DNA of 64,000 nt from Trichinella spiralis (Eukaryota), in NCBI RefSeq assembly GCF_000181795.1, contig NW_003526941.1:626266-690265 (forward strand), written 5' to 3'. Below, one piece after another: positions 58,906-64,000 of the stretch. A program made the position numbers and the translations under genes. The stretch's first letter is position 1, and the number at the start of each line of letters is the position of its first letter. Below the pieces are notes generated by a model that made no database searches, had not been told where the DNA came from, and saw only the letters and a list, made by a program, of their open reading frames with translations.

Positions 58906-61900
58906 ATGTCTTTGCTATGTTGTGGCAATACGTCAGATGGTCAGCTGGGACTTGGTGGAATTGCTGAAGAAAATGTTAGAAGTTTAACTCTTGTTGAGTC
59001 GACGAAGAATTTTCTGAAAATCCGTCAGATTGCATGCGGCCGACATCATTCTGTGATGCTTCTTGATGACGGCAGTGTTTTTTCTTGTGGAAACAATGAT
59101 TTTTATCAACTTGGTCATGACGGTATAAAACGAAAGCCAAGTGAGCTATGCTTATATTTGAATTTGATTGTCTATGTTTCATTGTTTATTTTAATGTGCA
59201 GTTTTGATATTATTTGATTTTTATTTTTTTGAGATCTATATGAAAATTTACATTGGTATATAGATGTTAAGCGTTTTTCTTGTATTTCTGAATGTTTCAT
59301 CTGTTTGTTGTAAAACATTAATTGTGAATTATAAAAATAAGTGTAAAGAATGAACTGTAAGTGAAACAAGTTAAATTTTGCTTAAAAATTATTCGTTTTG
59401 ACGAAGACGGAAAATGCAGTTTTGTTTTGGCATTTTATGTTTTATAAGTGAGTGTAAGTAATTATAATGAAATTGTTTAGGACTTATAGAAAGCTTCGTT
59501 GGAATTCACGTTATCAGTGTGGCATGTGGCGATGCCCACTGTGTTGCTTTAACAAATGATGGCCATCTATTTTCTTGGGGTTCGAATGTGTATGGTCAGC
59601 TTGGTGTGGAACGGATGAATGTTGTAGCAAAAGCTCGATATCCTCGAATTCAGTAAGTGTTTTGCATTATGGGCTTGATAACATGTTCATTTTTAGGGAA
59701 ATTAATTTGGCGAATATTGTTCAAATTGCGTGCGGTTCAAACCACAGTTTAGCTCTGGAATCCAGTAAGCAGCATTATTCATAGACTGTAACAGTTAAAA
59801 TTTTTACTTTGTGTAAATTTTATTCATGCAACATTTTTTGAAAAGATAAAACTTGAAATCATATGAATGTTGTAAATTGCAGTAGCAGTAGTGTTTATAG
59901 GTTGGTTGTTCATGCACTTTTTGTTGTTAATGATTTTAATGTATTGTGTGCACTTATGTATTTTATCGTTTGAGCAGATGGGGTTCTCCACGCTTGGGGA
60001 TTGAATGATCATGGTCAGCTCGGCATTGGAACACGAGAATCATTTATCGGACCAACCACGGTAAATAAACTGATGGGAATACCAATATGCCAATTGGCAG
60101 CCGGTGCATCCCATAGTTTGGTACTCACTCCAAGCGGTACCGTATTTGGATGGGGGAAAAATATGTATTTTTGACATAATTTCTGTTTAACAATTTTTCA
60201 ACTAATATTGTTTAGGTTTGGTCAAATCGGTCAAAATGAGCAACGAGGTTAGTTTCTTTTTTGGCAGTGTAGTTTTACAGTTAGAAAATTATATTTTTTT
60301 TATTGATTAAATTATCTTCTGTTTATTTATACATGTACTGTATATTTGATAGAAAACTTTTATTTTGGTAGATATTCTCTATCCTTCTTTGGTGAAATTG
60401 CTTCGCACACAGAAGGTAATTCGACTAGCCTGTGGAGAAGATTTTTCTGTGGCTGTAACAGCGGTGATTTGTTTTTCTTTGCTTATTTGGGTGACATTAT
60501 ATAGGACAGGTAGTAAGGAAATTCGAAAAAGTAAATAGTATAGGCAGAATAAGTGTTAGATATTCGAAAGGGGGTACATGGAGTACTGTATTGTTTTAAA
60601 GATAATAAAGTTAACGTTTTCAGATGAAATATTCAAGAAAATGAATTATTAAATAATATACTACTGTTATACGATTTGTTCAGGTATCGCTTAGTTGTTG
60701 GATTAATTAACAACTGTAAATAATTAGAACTTAGAATATAATTTAAATAAGTAATGTTTTTTTCTTTAGTTTTCAGTTTTTAAACCTGCATTTAAGTTTA
60801 AATTTTTTAACTTGAAAGCATAAGACTTTTATCGAGAATTCTTTTCTTTTAGTTGTTTTTATATTATTTTACGTTTTCTATTAGACTGGAGGATTGTTTA
60901 CTTTTGGAGCCGGAACATACGGACAGCTTGGTCACGGCAATCAAAATAGCGAGTTATTTCCGAAGCAAGTAATGGAATTGATGGGTTCCGTGGTTCTGGA
61001 CGTTGCATGCGGAAGGTTTGTTCATTTTACGCTTAATAACTTTGCAATTGTAATACTTGATTTAGATGTCACACATTGGCGATAACAGAAAATAAATTAT
61101 ATGCATTTGGCCTGAACACTTCCGGACAGCTTGGTCTTCTTAATGTTAAGCACACTACTTCCATACCGTTGCCGATTCCTATAGAAAAGCAGCCACGTAA
61201 AGTTTTTGCAGGAGCAGATTTTTCATTTGTCCTCTGCTCAGAGCCAGTAATGTTTGTGAATAGATTTTTTTAAATATGCATGAAGAATGTTCATTTTACA
61301 GAATGGTGATGATGATGGTGGTGGTGATAACAAAGCGATCACGGTGCCATCTTTCCCTGTCAAACATTTGTCATTGAGTTTTGTCAGACACCTGATTAAT
61401 GAGGAACCCGAACACTTATACGAGTGAGTTTTGCAAAGCTTAAACAAGCGTACCTAAGCGCATTCAATAAGCGCTTATTAAATTGACGATTGTTTTTAGT
61501 TTTGTTGAAACGGTGATGACTAGTCTTTGTTGTTTAAATGGTTCCTTTTTGCAGAGGTATTTACTTCGACCGACCTATTCAAGTGTGCATGTTATTAAAA
61601 TTATTTGATTTTGCAGTGGCAATGACAGATTTGGAGTTACGGAGCGTCACAGCTGTATTAATATGGACGAAGCTATGGAAACGTTTTTGTTGTTATCTGA
61701 CTATTGCACTGCCCATCCTAAAGTTGAATCGATAGTATAAATAAGTGAATATTAATATTATTTAATAATTGTATTGAACACTTTTCAGATGGTTCGGTCA
61801 GTTGAAGTTTCACTTATACCATCATTAAGAAGTTCGTTGATTGATATTGAATTTGCTCGTGTTTACCTGATCTTGCCTTGGTGTCATATATTTTCCTTCT

Positions 61901-64000
61901 CGAAGTACTATCGCAACATTGTCGTACCATTTACGCTTTGTCTATCTGATCAAAATTCCACCACTTGGGAGTTCCTTGGTATGTTAAATTGGATAGGGTA
62001 GTGGATTTTAGAAAATTTGATAATTTTATTGGTGTTAATTTTAGAATCGTGGTGGTCATGTCTGGCGGTCCGTCACTTGAACAGAATTTTGAAAGTGAAC
62101 AGAATGCAGAATGCTTTTCCCATGAATTATTATGCATTTGTCATTTGCTGAATTTTAGGTTTTTAAGCAAATGGCTTGTTTTTTTATTGATAATTTGATG
62201 AATGAACATGGTTGGTATGGCCAAAATCGAAATGTAAGTTTGACTTGTACGTGAAATTTTTTTTCTGTTTATTTTTTTTCCTTGAACTCTAGTCATTTCC
62301 TGTCATTGCAATTAAATCAGCATTGGATGTTCTTTCTCATTTGAACAAGGTAATTGTTGTACTGTGTTAATTTTTGCTCCTAGCATTTTTCTTAGCGTAT
62401 CGTTTCTATTAGGTGAATGTGAAAGTTCGGAAAATTCCGTTTTCAAGCTTTTACATTGATGATTTGGAAAAGAAAATTAATCTTCGCGATGATTTTTTGC
62501 AAACTATGAATGAAGACAAGCAGGTAGTATTAATTTTATTTTTTCTGCAAAATTTTATTATTGCTATTTAAATGTTAAATTATAAAATAAATAAATGCTT
62601 TTCGAAATGACCGGTGATGTTCATTTCCAATGTGTTTGATTCATTGATTTTTTCAGATAAACTGCTGGATAAGATTAGCTAAAGTTATTTTAAAGTTATT
62701 ACTGTTAGAAAGCAGAAAAGCGTCTTATCATCTGCTTGTTCATATCAAAAGCAGTTGTTACTTTAAATTAAATTGCATTCATTATTTGAAAAAAATATTG
62801 CAAAATTTAAATTTTGCCGGGTTAATTTGAAAAAATGAGTGTAAAATAAGTTTGATAATTTGTATAATTGTTACCAGAAATTTTTTTTGCTCCGTTGCAA
62901 GTGAAATTAGCGATGTCAGTTCGATTGATAAAAATGAATTATTGTACGTTTGCAGTGTTCAAATCGGTTTCTGTTTTGCCATTATCCATTTATATTGAAC
63001 GCGGTGGCGAAAAGTATTCTTTTTCAAGTCAACGTTGCTGTGGAAATGGTGGTAAAATAAAATTATATTTTTGCTTTGTTTGTTCCAGTTGTTTGGCGCA
63101 TTTATGTATTTTTAGATCGCTCAAGTGAGGGAATATTTTTTCATAAGTGTTTCTCGAAACAACATCATCGAGGATACTTTCAAGCAGCTCATTGTTGCTA
63201 CATCGTATGACTTGAAAAGACCATTAAAAGTTGGCGATATTTTTTATTGAAAACTTTTTGCATAGATCTTCTTGGTTTAAAATTCTAGGTGCAATTTGTT
63301 GGAGAAGATGCAGATGATTTGGGTGGTTTGAAGAAAGAATTCTTTATGCTTATTTTTCAAGAACTGTTCAATCCAAAATATGGCATGTTTGTCGAATACG
63401 AAGAGAGCCGATATACTTGGTTTGCGCATTACAATTTTGAAGAAGTATGAAATGGAATTCAAATTAAGGTTTATCTGAAAAAATATTTTCATTATAGCCA
63501 CAAACTTATGAATACGTTGGAATCTTGTGTGGTATGACAATATATAACAATGTCATTGCAGCATTACCATTTCCTTTGGCTCTTTACAAAAAGTTGCTTA
63601 ACGAACCGGTAACTTTGGAAGATCTGAAAGAACTGAGTCCAACAGAAGGGCGGTAAATTTTATTGATATAGGTGATCTTGGTGATTGATGATTATACTTT
63701 GAAATAACTATTTTCAGGTGCTTGGAAGAAATGTTGGATTACGACGACGATGACTTTGAATCTGTATTTGGTGTTAATTTTCAAGTATGTTCATCGTCCA
63801 GTAGCTTGGGCTGTACATTGGAATTGAATTTTGAAACAAAATGTTCTACAAATAAATATTAATATTTACTTTGTTATTTGAAGATATCGCTTCCATGTCT
63901 TGATAAAGTTGAAACCGTTGAATTGAAGCCTGGCGGTGCTGATATAAACGTAACAAAGGCGAATCGTCAAGAATATGTCGATTTGTATGTTGATTATAAG
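58906..64000 (+). CDS. HERC4: HERC4-like E3 ubiquitin ligase (RCC1 repeats + HECT), truncated at the window end
   Basis: MSLLCCGNTSDGQLGLGG, repeated IACGxxHS and GxNxxGQLG RCC1 blades, FTFGAGTYGQLGH, and the HECT start VQFVGEDADDLGGLKKEFF with PFPLALYKKLL. Confidence 0.93.

Overview
Eukaryotic, very AT-rich genomic DNA with many short (about 50-80 nt) GT-AG introns. Composition and intron style suggest a nematode, most likely clade I/Trichinella-like; this is inference, not provable from the window. Conserved genes in order: NAD(P) transhydrogenase (NNT, -), COG6 (+), 14-3-3 (-), mRNA capping enzyme (RNGTT, -), a TOX-type HMG-box factor (-), an intronless 5T4/TPBG-like LRR protein (-), a secreted 16-Cys protein (-), DNA polymerase eta (+), an unknown protein with an N-terminal hydrophobic segment (-) and HERC4 (+, runs off the window end). 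Between about 42.6 and 58.3 kb lies an accessory block: three tandem, same-strand paralogous C2H2 zinc-finger genes sharing an identically sized 216-nt exon 2 and long N/Q/Y-rich tails. One copy has lost fingers 1-2, two copies share a near-identical ~710-bp tract (probable gene conversion), and Tigger/pogo transposon remnants sit within and between them. Gene models were spliced by eye, so internal exon boundaries are provisional.
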